From NCBI GenBank assembly GCA_051294905.1, contig CM119378.1:6262001-6326000 (forward strand): a stretch of DNA of 64,000 nucleotides, in the 5' to 3' direction. Positions 63,426-64,000 of this stretch are shown one piece after another (positions within the stretch are counted from its first letter, which is position 1; the number at the start of each line of letters is the position of its first letter). The notes beneath the pieces were generated by a model that saw only the letters and a program-made list of their open reading frames with translations, searched no databases and had not been told where the DNA came from. A program made the translations under genes and the position numbers. This stretch comes from Botryllus schlosseri (lineage: Eukaryota).

Positions 63426-63429
63426 CCAT

Positions 63430-63595
63430 CCATGCTATCCCAGTAATGCATGGGCGCCAAGCGGGGAAGCCATGGATGATCAGGTGTTGCCAACACGTCT
63501 TAGGTCTGACTAGGCCGAGGCTCGAACCCACGACCTACCGATCAACAAGCCGGACGCTTCACCATTGCGCATCTCGTCGACGAGGACAGGCGTGT
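63430..63595 (-). mobile_element. tRNA-derived SINE family S2 (Meta-domain-like core)
   Basis: Minus strand GCGCAATGGTG A-box, B-box GGTTCGAGCC, core CCATGGCTTCCCCGCTTGGCGCCCATGCATTACTGGGATAGC. Confidence 0.78.
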
Positions 63596-64000
63596 GTTGT
63601 ACTTCTGCGGTTTTGATTCTAAAAGTCATTGACAGCAACCAGTAACGCTAACCGGTTCTCTTAACTCCTAAAATTACGCGATACGGATCCAACCGGGTTG
63701 ATAGGCTACGAACACTGAACAGGGTAAATCGTTAACTTTTCGATAACATGCGTTGCCGTTGCCCACCCGTGTTATCCTTTCAATCATACACATACTAATG
63801 ACCGAGAGGTGTCGCCATAAAGCTATCCTGGTCACTGGTGAGGATGGTGCAGAGCATGCATTCACACATATTCATAATTTCACATGGTATAGTAAGTCCA
63901 ATTTTAGTGAGGTAGCCAGGCGTCGTGGTAGCAGTATGCAATTGCAGCTGTCGGCAATACATGTGTATTATTTTTATTATATATGTTAAGAATAGCAACT

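Overview
Eukaryotic, AT-rich, intron-containing genomic DNA, most likely from an ascidian tunicate (inference from the gene set and intron style, not proven). I could reconstruct four protein-coding genes by hand. (1) An intronless 4-TM CD20/MS4A-like ORF (5041-5649, +). (2) An intronless orphan 7-TM receptor (11824-12900, -). (3) A 4-exon TPR-repeat gene (28402-30249, +). (4) A 16-coding-exon KCNQ1-type voltage-gated K+ channel (34542-57230, -, about 680 aa) in which every junction is GT-AG and phase-consistent. The rest is densely filled with non-autonomous hAT-type MITEs (many with intact 8-bp TSDs and some nested), a decayed Chapaev-like transposon, two tRNA-derived SINE families and a CR1-group LINE 3' fragment. 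There are no prokaryotic features, CRISPR arrays, rRNAs or intact tRNAs. The leads most worth checking are the roughly 28-aa glycosylatable insertion in the KCNQ1 turret, a 5-nt-shifted intron, a candidate two-exon signal-peptide gene inside a KCNQ1 intron, a second K+-pore-like motif at about 60.6 kb, a near-perfect CTCF site, and a 31-bp TIR-only element with a 9-bp TSD. I found no clear wholly new system. All comparisons to human KCNQ1 and to repeat families are from memory and need confirming by alignment.
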